Below, in pieces: positions 28,854 to 39,414 of a stretch of 64,000 nt of DNA (positions are counted from its first letter, which is position 1; each line of letters opens with the position of its first letter). The translations under genes were made by a program, and so were the position numbers. The notes under the pieces are model-generated. The model ran no database searches and was not told where the DNA came from. It saw nothing but the letters and a program-made list of their open reading frames with translations. The DNA is from Dehalococcoidia bacterium. Lineage in GTDB: Bacteria; Chloroflexota; Dehalococcoidia; UBA6926. Location of the stretch: assembly GCA_963666115.2 (NCBI GenBank), contig CAXXET010000004.1, positions 205,247 through 269,246 on the forward strand, given 5' to 3'.

Positions 28854-29781
28854 CGGAATCCGACGGGGTCACGACGACGCGATCGCCGTCAACAGTCACC
28901 ACCGCCCTCTCGCGCAGGCGAATACGGTCCATCAACTCGCGCGGAAGCTGTAGGCGCCCCATGCTGTCGACGAGAATATATTCGCGGGGCGGCTCCGATG
29001 CGCCGTCCTGTCCCGTCGGCCTGAAAGAATGCAGCGAGACGATCTCCGCGCTTGCGCGTCCGTCCCGGATGATGATGACGCGGTCGACGAAATTGGAAAT
29101 CTCCGGGTCGTGGCTCACGATCACAATCGTCGTCCCATAGCGGTCTCGCAAGGACTGGAAGAGATTCAAGACTGTTCGCGCCGTGTCCGTATCAAGTTCG
29201 CCCGTGGGCTCGTCCGCCAGGAGCAAGTCGGGCTGATTGGCGAGCGCGATGGCGATGGCCACGCGCTGCTGTTCGCCCCCGGACAACTCATTGGCGTGGT
29301 GCGCGGCCCGTTCGGCAAGGCCTACGGCGTCCAGGAGTTCCTCTGCCCGCGCGCGCCGCTCTGATCCGCGAACGTTGGCAAGGAGCATGGGAAGTTCCAC
29401 GTTTTCACGCGCTGTGAGATAGGGAACCAGGTTGCGCCCGGTCTGCTGCCAGACGAACCCGACTTCACGGAGACGGTACGACTCCACGGCGCGCCCCCGC
29501 ATGACGAGCAAGTCACGGTCTCCGACGCGAATATCGCCGGCGGAGGGGGTGTCATAGCCCGCGAGGATGTTGAGCAGCGTGGATTTGCCGCTGCCGCTCG
29601 CCCCGACGATAGCGACGATTTCGCCGCGCGCCGCCTGGAAATCGAGGCCGCGCAGGGCGACCACTTCAAGGTCTTGCGCCTTGTAGATCTTGAAAAGGTC
29701 TCTGCAGACGATGTGGACGTCGCGGGGACTGTTGTGGTTCGTCATTGCCATCAGTATGACTTGCCGCTCAGTCCTCGCCAA
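28843..29781 (-). CDS. ABC transporter ATP-binding protein with a C-terminal AbrB/SpoVT-like extension
   Basis: Walker A GASGSGKST, LSGGEQQRV and LLADEPTGELD are present. About 80 extra residues follow, ending LVDSMGRLQLPRELMDRIRLRERAVVTVDGDRVVV. The start could be 29781, 29751 or 29745. Confidence 0.85.
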   Translation of the reverse strand: MARTERQVILMAMTNHNSPRDVHIVCRDLFKIYKAQDLEVVALRGLDFQAARGEIVAIVGASGSGKSTLLNILAGYDTPSAGDIRVGDRDLLVMRGRAVESYRLREVGFVWQQTGRNLVPYLTARENVELPMLLANVRGSERRARAEELLDAVGLAERAAHHANELSGGEQQRVAIAIALANQPDLLLADEPTGELDTDTARTVLNLFQSLRDRYGTTIVIVSHDPEISNFVDRVIIIRDGRASAEIVSLHSFRPTGQDGASEPPREYILVDSMGRLQLPRELMDRIRLRERAVVTVDGDRVVVTPSDSGEF

Positions 29782-32700
29782 TGCGCAGGGTCTGGCCCAG
29801 GGCGAGCGTATTGTACATGCGGACGACGAATGCCGTGGCGGCGACGAATACGGCGGCCATGAGCGCGTAGACGATCCCGATGGAAACGGCGCTCGTCTCG
29901 ATGATGTAGGGCGGCAGCACGGCGACGCCGTCCTGCGTCCGGTCGAGGAACGGCATCAGCAGCGCGCCGGTCCTCTGGCCAAGCAGGAATCCCGCCCCGA
30001 TTCCGATGCCGACGACCAGCATGTGTTCAAACCAGACAACGGCGCGAATCTGCGGGCCGTTGAGTCCCATCGTGCGCAGCAGTGCGAACTGCCTGCCGCG
30101 CTCTCCAACCGTGAGGATGGAATGCGCCACGAAGCACGTGCCGCCGAGGAACAGAACCGCGCCGTAGGCCACCAGCAGCAGCGCGCCCCACCCTGCCGCG
30201 ACGAGCGGATCGGCCTGCGAGGCGGCGATCAGGTCCCTGCGGTCGATGATATTGTTGGCGCCGACGGATTCCATGATGCCCCGGAGCGCCTCGGTTCGCT
30301 CGTCGCCCGTCAACCCCTCGTCAAGCCGGTACCAGACCTCGTTGGCCTGCGTTTCCTGTCCCTGGCCGACGAGATTCTGGTGGCGCAGGAGGCCCTGTAT
30401 CTCCGTGATGACGTAGCCCGCGCCCTCGGTTAGGTTCATGGTGGGGAAGAAGTCAACGACATCAACGATTGTGCCGGGAACGCGCGCGCTGCCCACGCCG
30501 ATATCGAGGATATCGCCGACACGGAGGCCGGAGGAGCGCAGAATGCCGGGGCTGACCAGCATGGGCAACTGGTAAACCTGCGGGCCTGCGTAGAAGCCGC
30601 GCTGGACGAACGCCGTCGTCGCGCCCCAACTGAACAGGAGCGACGGGCCGCCGTCGCGCCCCGCGCCGCCAAGCAGTTGGAGAGAATCCGTCCGCGTGAG
30701 AGGCCCAATCTGTATGACGGCCAGGTCATCCCTGCCGGTGAACCGGCGGACGGAAACCGGCTCGGAACCCTCTGCGACCGTTCGCGTCATGATTTCGTCG
30801 ACGTAGAATGCGCCGCCGGACATGCCCTCCGAGCGGGAGCGCTGCACGATTTGGAGAGAGACGAGGGTAAAGGGAGCGGCGGGCTGAATCGTGGGAACGG
30901 AACGCCCCCACGAACGGCGGCGGATCGGCTCAAGGGCGGCCTCGCGGTAGCTCCAGTCCGTGCTCTCCAGTGCGCCCAGGAATATGGTGAAGAAACGGCC
31001 GTTGCCGTCTTCGATGGTGGCAGTCAGGTTGGAGAGAGGATCGGGCTGCTCGGCGCTCCGAACCCACAGTCCCATGTGGCGGGCGTCGTCGGGCAGCCGA
31101 ATGCCCCAATTCTCAATGGATTCACCACCGACGGCGTCCAGTGTTTCGTCGAGGGAGTTTGAGGCGAAATCGTCACGCCACCACGTCACGTTCTTGAGGG
31201 TTGGCGCGTCAACAGCCAGCGCCTCGAACCTGTCGGTGGATGACCCCGCAGCGAAGCCGGCGGAGGAGCGAAAGACGCGGGCGGCAGCGGCGACTCCATC
31301 CGGGGATTCGACGAGCGCTTGCATGTCCTGTGTCGGTCCCTGGCTGTTGGCGATGGCGGCGCCGACGATGCGGGCGTCCGCCCCGGCCTCGTACCGCGCG
31401 CGCTCCTCATAGCTGCGGTCGAGCGTTCCGCCGAAACTGGCCGCGAAAGCGCCGAGCCCTGCGGCTAGAACGAGAAGCAGTACCAAACGGGTAACGGACA
31501 GCGGATTGCGCCCAACCTGCCAGAGGCCGAGCGCGAGCCACGTTGGGGATACGGGGGCGGCGATGCGCGCGACGAGGCCGCCGATGAGCGGCAGCACCCG
31601 CAGCAGGAGCAGGCCGGCAGAGAGCAGGAACAGCGTGGGGATGAGCAGCAAAAACAGGTCCGCCCCCTGCTGGCCGGAGAGGGCGTCCGCGACCAACGAT
31701 CCTTGCTGGCCGAGCTGCCAGAGGAAGATGAGTCCTGCGACGGCAAGTCCCACGTCGAGGTAGTAACGCTGGACGAATCCGACCTGGTTGGGTCGGACGA
31801 TGAGGCGCCGTTCCTCAAGGAGGTTGCGGCGGGCGAGACGGAGGGTCGGGATGAGAAGGACGGCAAAGGCGAGCAGGCCCCCCACTCCCGCAAGGGCGAA
31901 CGCTAAGGGGGAGACAGAAACGCGCAGCGGACCGCCGTCGCCAAGCGCAGAGAATACGGGCAAGAATCCGATGCTCGCGATCAGTCCGGCCGCAATGAAC
32001 GGGGCGGCGACGGAGGCGGCGGCAGTGACCAGCAGCCCCTGGACGGCGTAAATCTGGAGCACCTGCGGGGTTCGCGCGCCGCGGCTGCGGAGGAGGGCAG
32101 CATCCGCGCGCTGCCTGTCCGTGACAAGTCCGGCAAGGAACACGATGGCGTACAGCACCATGGCCGTCACGAGGAAGAGCATGATGGCGATGGGCGCTTC
32201 GATGAAGCGGATGCGTGTGTCATAGGTATTCAGCACGTCATCGAGTTCGGTGGTCTGCCGGTAGCTGTCCACGGAGCCCCCGAGCCCGCCGTTGAGTCCG
32301 GCAATGGCTCTGGCAAACCGCTCAGAATCCGCGGCGCGGATGTCATACGGGCTTGTGTAGTAGCGCGAGTAAAAGGAGCCGTCCGCCTTGAGGAACAGCG
32401 AGCCGACAGTGTCAACAAGCGTCTCAGCGGGAACGATCACGGGCAGCGTGCTCAGGAGCGTTGGTTCTCGCACAAGCCGTTGGAGGGCAGGCGCGTCCCA
32501 GTAGTGGGAGTCAGGATCGACGGGAACGGCAAAGCCCGTGATCCGGACGTTGATCTTGCTCGTCTTGTCCTCCCAGAAGGGAACGAACGGCACGGTATCG
32601 CCGATCTCAAGGCCGAGATACTCCGCGCCCTGCCTCATGGCGACGGCCTCCACGGTCACGACGCCGTCAACCGTTTCGACCGCGCCCGGCTGCGCCATGC

Positions 32701-33127
32701 TCTCGATCAGCGCGAGGAGCTTCTGATTCGAATTGAGGACGTGGAACGTGGCACGCGGCGTGGTTTCGAGGTCGATTTCGTCTGAGCCGTCGGTTGGCAC
32801 GAGGAATGTTGAGGATCGGACAGTCAATACTTCACGCTCGGCCAGGCCGTCAAATGCAGACGTGACGCCGGAATGAACGCGGCGCGTTGCGCGTTCATAG
32901 ACCTCGCGGTCGATGCCCGATGTCTGGAAATGGACTTCGAGATCGAGGGATTCTTCATCAGCGTTCGTTATGGCGTGCTGGAGGCCAAGGTCGCGGAGCG
33001 CCTGGGTGTAGATGACGATGCTGGCCATGGTGGCCGCCGCGACAGTGGCGCCGATCAGCACGGGCAGCAAGAGGGGCGCGTACGTGCGCAGCCGGCGCAA
33101 GACGAGCGGCAAAAGCCTGATGCCCAC
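29768..33127 (-). CDS. Very large FtsX-family ABC transporter permease
   Basis: About 1120 aa with two FtsX-type TM bundles separated by long soluble regions. A GTG start at 33127, 1 nt after the upstream stop, is preferred over the overlapping ATG at 33205. Confidence 0.75.
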   Translation of the reverse strand: MGIRLLPLVLRRLRTYAPLLLPVLIGATVAAATMASIVIYTQALRDLGLQHAITNADEESLDLEVHFQTSGIDREVYERATRRVHSGVTSAFDGLAEREVLTVRSSTFLVPTDGSDEIDLETTPRATFHVLNSNQKLLALIESMAQPGAVETVDGVVTVEAVAMRQGAEYLGLEIGDTVPFVPFWEDKTSKINVRITGFAVPVDPDSHYWDAPALQRLVREPTLLSTLPVIVPAETLVDTVGSLFLKADGSFYSRYYTSPYDIRAADSERFARAIAGLNGGLGGSVDSYRQTTELDDVLNTYDTRIRFIEAPIAIMLFLVTAMVLYAIVFLAGLVTDRQRADAALLRSRGARTPQVLQIYAVQGLLVTAAASVAAPFIAAGLIASIGFLPVFSALGDGGPLRVSVSPLAFALAGVGGLLAFAVLLIPTLRLARRNLLEERRLIVRPNQVGFVQRYYLDVGLAVAGLIFLWQLGQQGSLVADALSGQQGADLFLLLIPTLFLLSAGLLLLRVLPLIGGLVARIAAPVSPTWLALGLWQVGRNPLSVTRLVLLLVLAAGLGAFAASFGGTLDRSYEERARYEAGADARIVGAAIANSQGPTQDMQALVESPDGVAAAARVFRSSAGFAAGSSTDRFEALAVDAPTLKNVTWWRDDFASNSLDETLDAVGGESIENWGIRLPDDARHMGLWVRSAEQPDPLSNLTATIEDGNGRFFTIFLGALESTDWSYREAALEPIRRRSWGRSVPTIQPAAPFTLVSLQIVQRSRSEGMSGGAFYVDEIMTRTVAEGSEPVSVRRFTGRDDLAVIQIGPLTRTDSLQLLGGAGRDGGPSLLFSWGATTAFVQRGFYAGPQVYQLPMLVSPGILRSSGLRVGDILDIGVGSARVPGTIVDVVDFFPTMNLTEGAGYVITEIQGLLRHQNLVGQGQETQANEVWYRLDEGLTGDERTEALRGIMESVGANNIIDRRDLIAASQADPLVAAGWGALLLVAYGAVLFLGGTCFVAHSILTVGERGRQFALLRTMGLNGPQIRAVVWFEHMLVVGIGIGAGFLLGQRTGALLMPFLDRTQDGVAVLPPYIIETSAVSIGIVYALMAAVFVAATAFVVRMYNTLALGQTLRIGED

Positions 33128-33128
33128 G

Positions 33129-36100
33129 CTACGCCTCCGCCCCGCGCAGAACCCACGCGACGGGCTGGGACACGTATGCCCGCCACAGGGTGGCGGCCAG
33201 GCCAAGGCCGGTGGCGCATATCAGCCCAATCACCAGCCCCGCCACCTGCCAGTCCGGCGACAGGATCAGGCTCGGCACAGGTTCGGTTCCGGCGAGACCC
33301 TGGAATCGCGGCACGAGAATCCAACTGAGGTAGCCGCCAGCGGCAATTGCGCCCGCTCCGGCCGGCAGCGCTATCGACACGTATTCAACAGCGAAAGACA
33401 CCAGCGCGGTGACACGGGCCACGCCAAGCGCGCGCAGTACGGCGTTCTCTCGCGCGCGGTCAGAGGCTGCGCCTGCGGCATGAGCCGCGACGCCAACGGC
33501 CAACGCGCCGATGCCCCCGATCAGGGCAATCAGTGTCATGCCGCGCCACCCGGCGGACGCGAGCGGGCTTTGCTGTGTCTCTTCCTGGATGGCGATGCGG
33601 TCCACGACTTCGCCGGAGTACCTTTCATCGTTCACGATTGCATCCAAGATAGCCGTTCTTTCGTCAGGCGCGGCGGGCAGAGAGAGAAAGACGCGGTTCG
33701 GCCAGAGCTTCTTGGTGACGCTGACTGCGTTGACGTGGTCAATGAGCGACTGGCCGTTGGCGACAAGGAAGCCTGCCGAGCCGGGCTCAATTGTGGGGAA
33801 TGCCGCAAGCGAGCCGACGATGCGGATGGGAACGAGCCGGTCTGCCACGTGCACCGCCGCCAGGCTTCCCACCTGCCAGCCGCGATTCAGCAGGAGATCG
33901 TCGGAGGCGAGCATTGGTATGGAGGATGCGCCGGGGGAGATGTAGATGCCGCGCACGCCGTCGCGCGTATCACGACCCCATGCGAACTTGAGCGTGCCTT
34001 GCCGTTGGCCTGTGGATGAGCCGGCCTCGATAACGTCGCGGCGTTCTCCGGTCAGCAGGATCGGCAGCCAATCGGCGGCCTCGTCAAAGTCCTCCACCGG
34101 CGTCTGGATGCCTGCGGCATTGATGGCGACAAAGTCGTCAAGCTCAAAGCTGCCGGGCGTCCCGTTCGCGCCTTCGACAGGTTCGTAGATCATGATGCTG
34201 TTGAGGGTGTAGGGGCCGGGGGGAGGCGGTTGGCTGCCGCGGGAAAGCCGCGTTTCAAGGAACCGCCAGCCCGAAAAGTCCAGCGCGCCGAGGCTGTACG
34301 TGTCCGGTCTCCCGAGCCCATCAATGATCTGGAGCCACAGGAAACGGTTGGCCTGCGCGCGTTCGGGGTTCACCCAGATGCCCACGCGCTGCGTTCCGTC
34401 CGGGATGACGCGCGGAGGCGCGAGTGATTCGTTCGTGATCGCAAGCTCAATGAGAAGCTGCTCCATGGGCACGTCTGCGTAATCGTCCCGGAATTCCAGC
34501 AGTCCGCCGATCGTGGACGGATCGACACCAATAAGCGGGACCAGCGTGCCTACCTGGATGGAGCCGAGACCCGCCTGGCTGGAGTACGCGGCAGAGGCGT
34601 CGCGGACACCGTCAAGCGCCCGATACGTCGCCGTCACCTCGTCGAATGACTTGCCGTCGAACGCCCGGTGGCGGTCGATGCGAACGTCGACGCCCGCCTG
34701 GAATGTCGCCTGGTCTGCCGCAGCCCTGTCCAACGTGCCGCCAAATGTAGCGACAAAGACTCCGAGGACGCCGAAGAGGAGCAAGAGGCCGGCGAGGGCC
34801 GCCGCAGGCGTGGAGGCGCGGTTGACGCGCTCCAACGCCACGTCAACCGGCAAACGTCCGAGGGCGCGGGCAACGGCGGCGGCAATCCGTATCCCGAACG
34901 GCAGCAGGCGGTAGAGGAGCAGCAGCGCGGCGAGCGTCATGGCAATGGGCACGATGAGCACTGTGCGGTCAAGCTGCGCCGTGCCGTCCGTTTGCGCGAC
35001 GGCGACGCCCTCCTCGACGCCTCGAATCTCCACCTGCCAGAGGATTGCGGCGGCGATTACGAGGAGAACGACATCAAGGTGCAGGCGGCGGAACCAGGGA
35101 AGATTTGTTGGCCGCGACCGCTCGCTCTGGAGCGTTGAGACGGGGACGCGGGAAGCGCCAATCACCGGTATGGCCATGACGGCAATCGTGAGGGCGACGC
35201 CCGCGGCGAGCCACGGCAGAATGGGAACAATTGGGGCGGGCGTAAGACTCGCACCGTCGAGGGCAGTTTTCCACGCTCCAAGCTCACCGAGTCCACGAAT
35301 TGCCCCGTAGGAAATAAGGGGCGCGAGGGCTGCGGAAACTATCGTTGCGCCGAAAGCCCACGCCAAAATCAGCGCGACGGTTCTCCCTCCTCCCGCTCCC
35401 CTGCTCCGCAGCAGGCCGACAATTCCCTCCGTCGTCCGCCCAACAGTGAAAGCAATCATCGTCAGCGCGTAGAGCAGGATTGCAGCGACGATAACGAGAA
35501 CAATAACGAGGGGCATCCGGTTGCGGGCGACCTCATCCCGGAAATCGGGCAGGCTGTTCGCGAGCAACGATATGAAGAGGCTGCGCGGCGCCTCCGCGGT
35601 GATTCGCCCTTGCAGGCTCGCCACAGCCGCGTCGGCATCGGCAAGCCCCATGTCGAGCAGACGGTCAGGGTTGACGTAGAGGGTGTCCGAGATGCTGCCG
35701 AGTAGGGAAGGCGTCTCCGCGCCGATACGGTCAACAAGGGTCTGTTCAGGCAGGAACAGGCTGACCATCCACAGGCCGGCATCGTTTCGCTCCGCGTCTA
35801 GCCGCGCGTAAAACAGTCCGCCAACCTGGAACCAGTAGCGTTCTTCGGGATCGACCGGTTCCACGATGCCCACGAGGACAGCGTCATGAGGCGTGGCGGG
35901 CGGGGGGAGGCGGGTGTTGAGGCGGAATTGCTGGTCGATTTGGAATCCGGTCTTCTCTGCGGCAGCCCTGCCAAGCATGACTTCAATGGGGCCGCTTGAG
36001 ACGAACTGCGCCCGCCGGCCCTCGACAATCTGAACTTTCTCGTCAAAACCCGAGCGGGACGTCAGCGTCGCGATTACGTCCGGTTCGTCCGTTCCGGTCA

Positions 36101-36425
36101 ACGCCGTGCGAATGGAATAAGCGGTTGAATAGACCCCGCGCCGATCCAGCGCGTCGCCAAGCGTGTCCTCGGCGGCGGCGAGTATGACCTGCCGGGCGGC
36201 GTTGTATTGCTCCGGCTCGAACGACGAGTAGCTTGTGGAGACGAGGACATCCAGGTTCCTGGAGTTGCGTTCAAGGTAATCCTGGAAAGCAAGGCGCTCC
36301 ACGGTGCTGAGATAAAGAGGGCCGAGAACGGAAAGGGTAATCGTCAGCAGGATTCCAAGGGATGCCACGAGCGCCAGCGCCCTCTTGCCCCTCGTCTGTC
36401 TCCACGCCAGCCGCCATGGCGACAC
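33129..36425 (-). CDS. Very large FtsX-family ABC transporter permease
   Basis: 1098 aa. It has a canonical FtsX N-terminus (WRLAWRQTRGKRALAL), two TM bundles and large extracytoplasmic segments. Confidence 0.8.
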   Translation of the reverse strand: MSPWRLAWRQTRGKRALALVASLGILLTITLSVLGPLYLSTVERLAFQDYLERNSRNLDVLVSTSYSSFEPEQYNAARQVILAAAEDTLGDALDRRGVYSTAYSIRTALTGTDEPDVIATLTSRSGFDEKVQIVEGRRAQFVSSGPIEVMLGRAAAEKTGFQIDQQFRLNTRLPPPATPHDAVLVGIVEPVDPEERYWFQVGGLFYARLDAERNDAGLWMVSLFLPEQTLVDRIGAETPSLLGSISDTLYVNPDRLLDMGLADADAAVASLQGRITAEAPRSLFISLLANSLPDFRDEVARNRMPLVIVLVIVAAILLYALTMIAFTVGRTTEGIVGLLRSRGAGGGRTVALILAWAFGATIVSAALAPLISYGAIRGLGELGAWKTALDGASLTPAPIVPILPWLAAGVALTIAVMAIPVIGASRVPVSTLQSERSRPTNLPWFRRLHLDVVLLVIAAAILWQVEIRGVEEGVAVAQTDGTAQLDRTVLIVPIAMTLAALLLLYRLLPFGIRIAAAVARALGRLPVDVALERVNRASTPAAALAGLLLLFGVLGVFVATFGGTLDRAAADQATFQAGVDVRIDRHRAFDGKSFDEVTATYRALDGVRDASAAYSSQAGLGSIQVGTLVPLIGVDPSTIGGLLEFRDDYADVPMEQLLIELAITNESLAPPRVIPDGTQRVGIWVNPERAQANRFLWLQIIDGLGRPDTYSLGALDFSGWRFLETRLSRGSQPPPPGPYTLNSIMIYEPVEGANGTPGSFELDDFVAINAAGIQTPVEDFDEAADWLPILLTGERRDVIEAGSSTGQRQGTLKFAWGRDTRDGVRGIYISPGASSIPMLASDDLLLNRGWQVGSLAAVHVADRLVPIRIVGSLAAFPTIEPGSAGFLVANGQSLIDHVNAVSVTKKLWPNRVFLSLPAAPDERTAILDAIVNDERYSGEVVDRIAIQEETQQSPLASAGWRGMTLIALIGGIGALAVGVAAHAAGAASDRARENAVLRALGVARVTALVSFAVEYVSIALPAGAGAIAAGGYLSWILVPRFQGLAGTEPVPSLILSPDWQVAGLVIGLICATGLGLAATLWRAYVSQPVAWVLRGAEA

Positions 36426-36491
36426 GCGCCAACCCCTCCCCTCGATTCCCGATTCAGCGAATTATACTTGTTTACGGGGGAAGTGGGGCTA

Positions 36492-37259
36492 ATGGGGCCA
36501 TTCATCGATTCACACACGCACATCGACCAGCACGATCCGGACGAATTGCCCGGTATCGTGGCGCGCGCCCAGGACGCCGGCGTTGAAGCGATCATCGCGG
36601 CGGGCGTGACAATCGAGTCGTCCGAGCGGTGTGTGCAGTTGGCGCGGGAGTATCCGGACGTCGTGTGGGCGGGCGTCGGCGTCCACCCGATGGACATCTC
36701 CGGCCCGCTTTCGGACGGGGACGTCGACCGCCTGCGTGAACTGGCGCGGATGCCGGGCGTCGTCTGCATCAGCGAGACCGGGCTTGACTGGGAGCCGGGG
36801 AGGCCGGACAGGGCGGCGCAGGAACAGGCTTTCCGTGCACAACTGCGGCTTGCGGTTGAGCTGGATCTGCCCGTGATTTTTCACAACCGTGAGGCGGGCA
36901 TGGAGCCGCTGGGGGTCATCCGAGAGGAGGTAGGCGATAAGGTTCCTGCCGTGGCGCACTATTTCCAGGGGCCGCTCGACTACGCTCTCGCCTGCCTCGA
37001 CCAGGGCGTCTATCTGTCGTTGGCCAAGCCGCTGCTGAGGCTGCCGGACTTGCAGGACATCGTTGCGAAACATGCGCCTTTGGAGTCCATCGTCCTCGAA
37101 ACGGACTCCTACCCGCAGCCTTGGAAGAAGCATCGGAGGAACTGGACAGAGCCGCGCGACGTGCCGACCGTTGCGGCAAAGGTGGCGGAACTCAAGGGCA
37201 TCACCGTTCAGGAAGTCGCCGAGTCAACGACGGCCAATATGCGCCGCATCATTTCCTAA
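36492..37259 (+). CDS. TatD-family metal-dependent hydrolase
   Basis: MGPFIDSHTHID start, later GVHP and ETD motifs. The longer ORF from 36207 runs antisense through the permease gene. Confidence 0.8.
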   Translation: MGPFIDSHTHIDQHDPDELPGIVARAQDAGVEAIIAAGVTIESSERCVQLAREYPDVVWAGVGVHPMDISGPLSDGDVDRLRELARMPGVVCISETGLDWEPGRPDRAAQEQAFRAQLRLAVELDLPVIFHNREAGMEPLGVIREEVGDKVPAVAHYFQGPLDYALACLDQGVYLSLAKPLLRLPDLQDIVAKHAPLESIVLETDSYPQPWKKHRRNWTEPRDVPTVAAKVAELKGITVQEVAESTTANMRRIIS

Positions 37260-38554
37260 ACCCCCACTGCCGCGTCCCGCTCGCCGCTCTCCGATTCCGA
37301 ACCCAGCAGCTGGTCCGGCATGGCAGTGCTGCGAAGCGACCGGAATATGAGGAGGATGACGATGACCAAAACGAGGGTGATTGCGCCCATGATCGCCGTG
37401 GCGGTCGGCGCCCCCCACTCCTCCGCCAGCCTGCCAATCATCGTGATCCCCACAGGCGAGGCTCCCCACGTCGTCGTGCGGATTGCGGACAGCCGCCCTC
37501 GCATGGAATCGCTGATGAGGAGTTGCGCCCGCGCGGTGGTGGCCACGAGGCAGGACTGGAAGCCGAGACCGGCGAGATAGGCAAAGAGCAGGCTCAACGT
37601 CAGTATCTCGGAGAAGCTGAAAGCAATGAGGGCGAGCGAGAAGCCGATCCCGCCGAACACAATTAGGTTGCGGATGGCGCGGGGGCTGCTAAACGTTGCG
37701 AGGACAATGGACCCGGTCATGGAGCCTGCCCCCGCCGCCGCGCCGAGATCACCCGCCGCCGTCGCGCCCTGGTTGAGGACGTCACGCGCGAAGACGACAA
37801 GCTGGGTCTGGTAGGGCGAACCAAAGATGATCGCAGCGCCCGCAACCGTCATCAGGCCGAGGATGACCTTGTGGCGCCAAATGAAGAGGGCGCCTTCAAC
37901 CGTGTCCTTCCAGACGATCGCCAGTGTCTTGTTTCCCTCGCGCGAGCCCTGGCGGATGTCGACGGGCAGGAGGAAGAAGATGGACACGATTGAGAGGCCG
38001 GCGGCAGCGCCGAATGCCGCCGCCCCGCCGAATTCGTCAAAGATGCGCCCGCCAATGAAGCTGCCGACGAGCATCCCGCCGCTGAACATGATGGAGGACA
38101 GCGCGATGCCGTTGGCCATGTTGTCGCGGCTCACGAGGTTCGGCACCACGGCCATACGCGACGGGAGAGCAACGGCGAATGCGATGCCAGCGATTACGCT
38201 CAGCACGAAGATGCTCCATAGCTCTATTTGGTCGATGGCAAGCAGGACGACGAATCCCAGCAAAGCGAGGATCGTTATTATCTCCGTGACAATGAGTATC
38301 CACTTGCGGCTGAACCGGTCTGCCAGGACGCCGCCGAAGAGGGAAATCAATGACGGCAGCTCGCCCGCAGTCCAGGCGGCGGCGACAAGTTCCGGGGAGT
38401 CTGTCATTTCAAGCACGACCCACCCCCGGAAGAGAAGGAGCATCATGTGGGACATGATCGCGGCGACGGACGACAGCCAGAACAGGGTATAGTCGCCTGA
38501 CCGGAAGGATCGCAGCGGGCCGCGGCCAAAGAGGGCTTGCAACAAGAAGACCAT
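37256..38554 (-). CDS. MFS transporter
   Basis: 432 aa with about 12 TM segments and a GVLADRFSRK loop motif. Confidence 0.8.
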   Translation of the reverse strand: MVFLLQALFGRGPLRSFRSGDYTLFWLSSVAAIMSHMMLLLFRGWVVLEMTDSPELVAAAWTAGELPSLISLFGGVLADRFSRKWILIVTEIITILALLGFVVLLAIDQIELWSIFVLSVIAGIAFAVALPSRMAVVPNLVSRDNMANGIALSSIMFSGGMLVGSFIGGRIFDEFGGAAAFGAAAGLSIVSIFFLLPVDIRQGSREGNKTLAIVWKDTVEGALFIWRHKVILGLMTVAGAAIIFGSPYQTQLVVFARDVLNQGATAAGDLGAAAGAGSMTGSIVLATFSSPRAIRNLIVFGGIGFSLALIAFSFSEILTLSLLFAYLAGLGFQSCLVATTARAQLLISDSMRGRLSAIRTTTWGASPVGITMIGRLAEEWGAPTATAIMGAITLVLVIVILLIFRSLRSTAMPDQLLGSESESGERDAAVGV

Positions 38555-38614
38555 TACACCCTCTACAATACGGCATGATAGAGGGGTGGACGGCAGGGAG
38601 GCTGAAAGGAGCGG

Positions 38615-39412
38615 ATGGCAATGACAGGTTCATCGGATGTTGTCCTGTACGAGAAGCGGGATCGAATCGCGTACGTGACGTTGAATCGACCGGAGGCGAT
38701 GAACGCGCTGAACTCAGCGGTGGGGGCGCGGCTCTATGAAATCTGGAGCGATTTCCGCGACGATGACGACCTGCTCGTCGCGATTATCACGGGAGAGGGC
38801 GGACGGGCGTTTTCCGCCGGCGCAGACCTGAAAGAGGTGAGCGGCAGGCAGGCTGAGGGGAAATCTCAATTCGAGGAGCGGGGGCCCGGCTCTCGATTCA
38901 TTCCCGATCTCAATGTCTGGAAGCCGATCATCGCGGCCATTGACGGCTATTGCGTGGCAGGCGGCCTGGAACTGGCGATGCAATGCGATATCCGCCTCGC
39001 AACGGAGAAGTCGCAGTTCGGCCTGCCGGAGCCGCGCTGGAGCATCATGCCCGCCTACGGCCTGCACCACATGATGCGGATGGTTCCAACAGGCGACGCG
39101 CTGCGGATGATGCTCACGGGCAGCCGCATCACGTCCGATAACGCGCTGCGGATCGGCCTCATCCAGGAGGTGCATCCGGACCGCGACGCGCTGATGGAGG
39201 CGGCCCAGGGAATCGCGGAAGAGGTCAAGCTCTGCGCGCCGATGGCCGTGCAGGCGATCAAGCAGATCGCGTACGTTGGCCGCAGTATGGCGCCGGAGTA
39301 CTCATACCGGTTCGCGCAGGAGTTGAGCGCGAAGGTGCTGGGCAGCGAGGACGCGGCGGTTGGGCCTGCGGCGTTCGCGGAGCGGCGCACGCCGGAGTGG
39401 AAGGGGCGGTAG
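38615..39412 (+). CDS. Enoyl-CoA hydratase/isomerase family protein
   Basis: YVTLNRPEAMNAL, GEGGRAFSAGADL and DGYCVAGGLELA are present. Confidence 0.85.
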   Translation: MAMTGSSDVVLYEKRDRIAYVTLNRPEAMNALNSAVGARLYEIWSDFRDDDDLLVAIITGEGGRAFSAGADLKEVSGRQAEGKSQFEERGPGSRFIPDLNVWKPIIAAIDGYCVAGGLELAMQCDIRLATEKSQFGLPEPRWSIMPAYGLHHMMRMVPTGDALRMMLTGSRITSDNALRIGLIQEVHPDRDALMEAAQGIAEEVKLCAPMAVQAIKQIAYVGRSMAPEYSYRFAQELSAKVLGSEDAAVGPAAFAERRTPEWKGR

Positions 39413-39414
39413 CC

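Noticed and set aside
36207-36491. N-terminal 95-codon extension of the TatD ORF.
   Set aside because: The extension runs antisense through the start of the FtsX permease gene. The canonical TatD N-terminus (MGPFIDSHTHID) begins at 36492.
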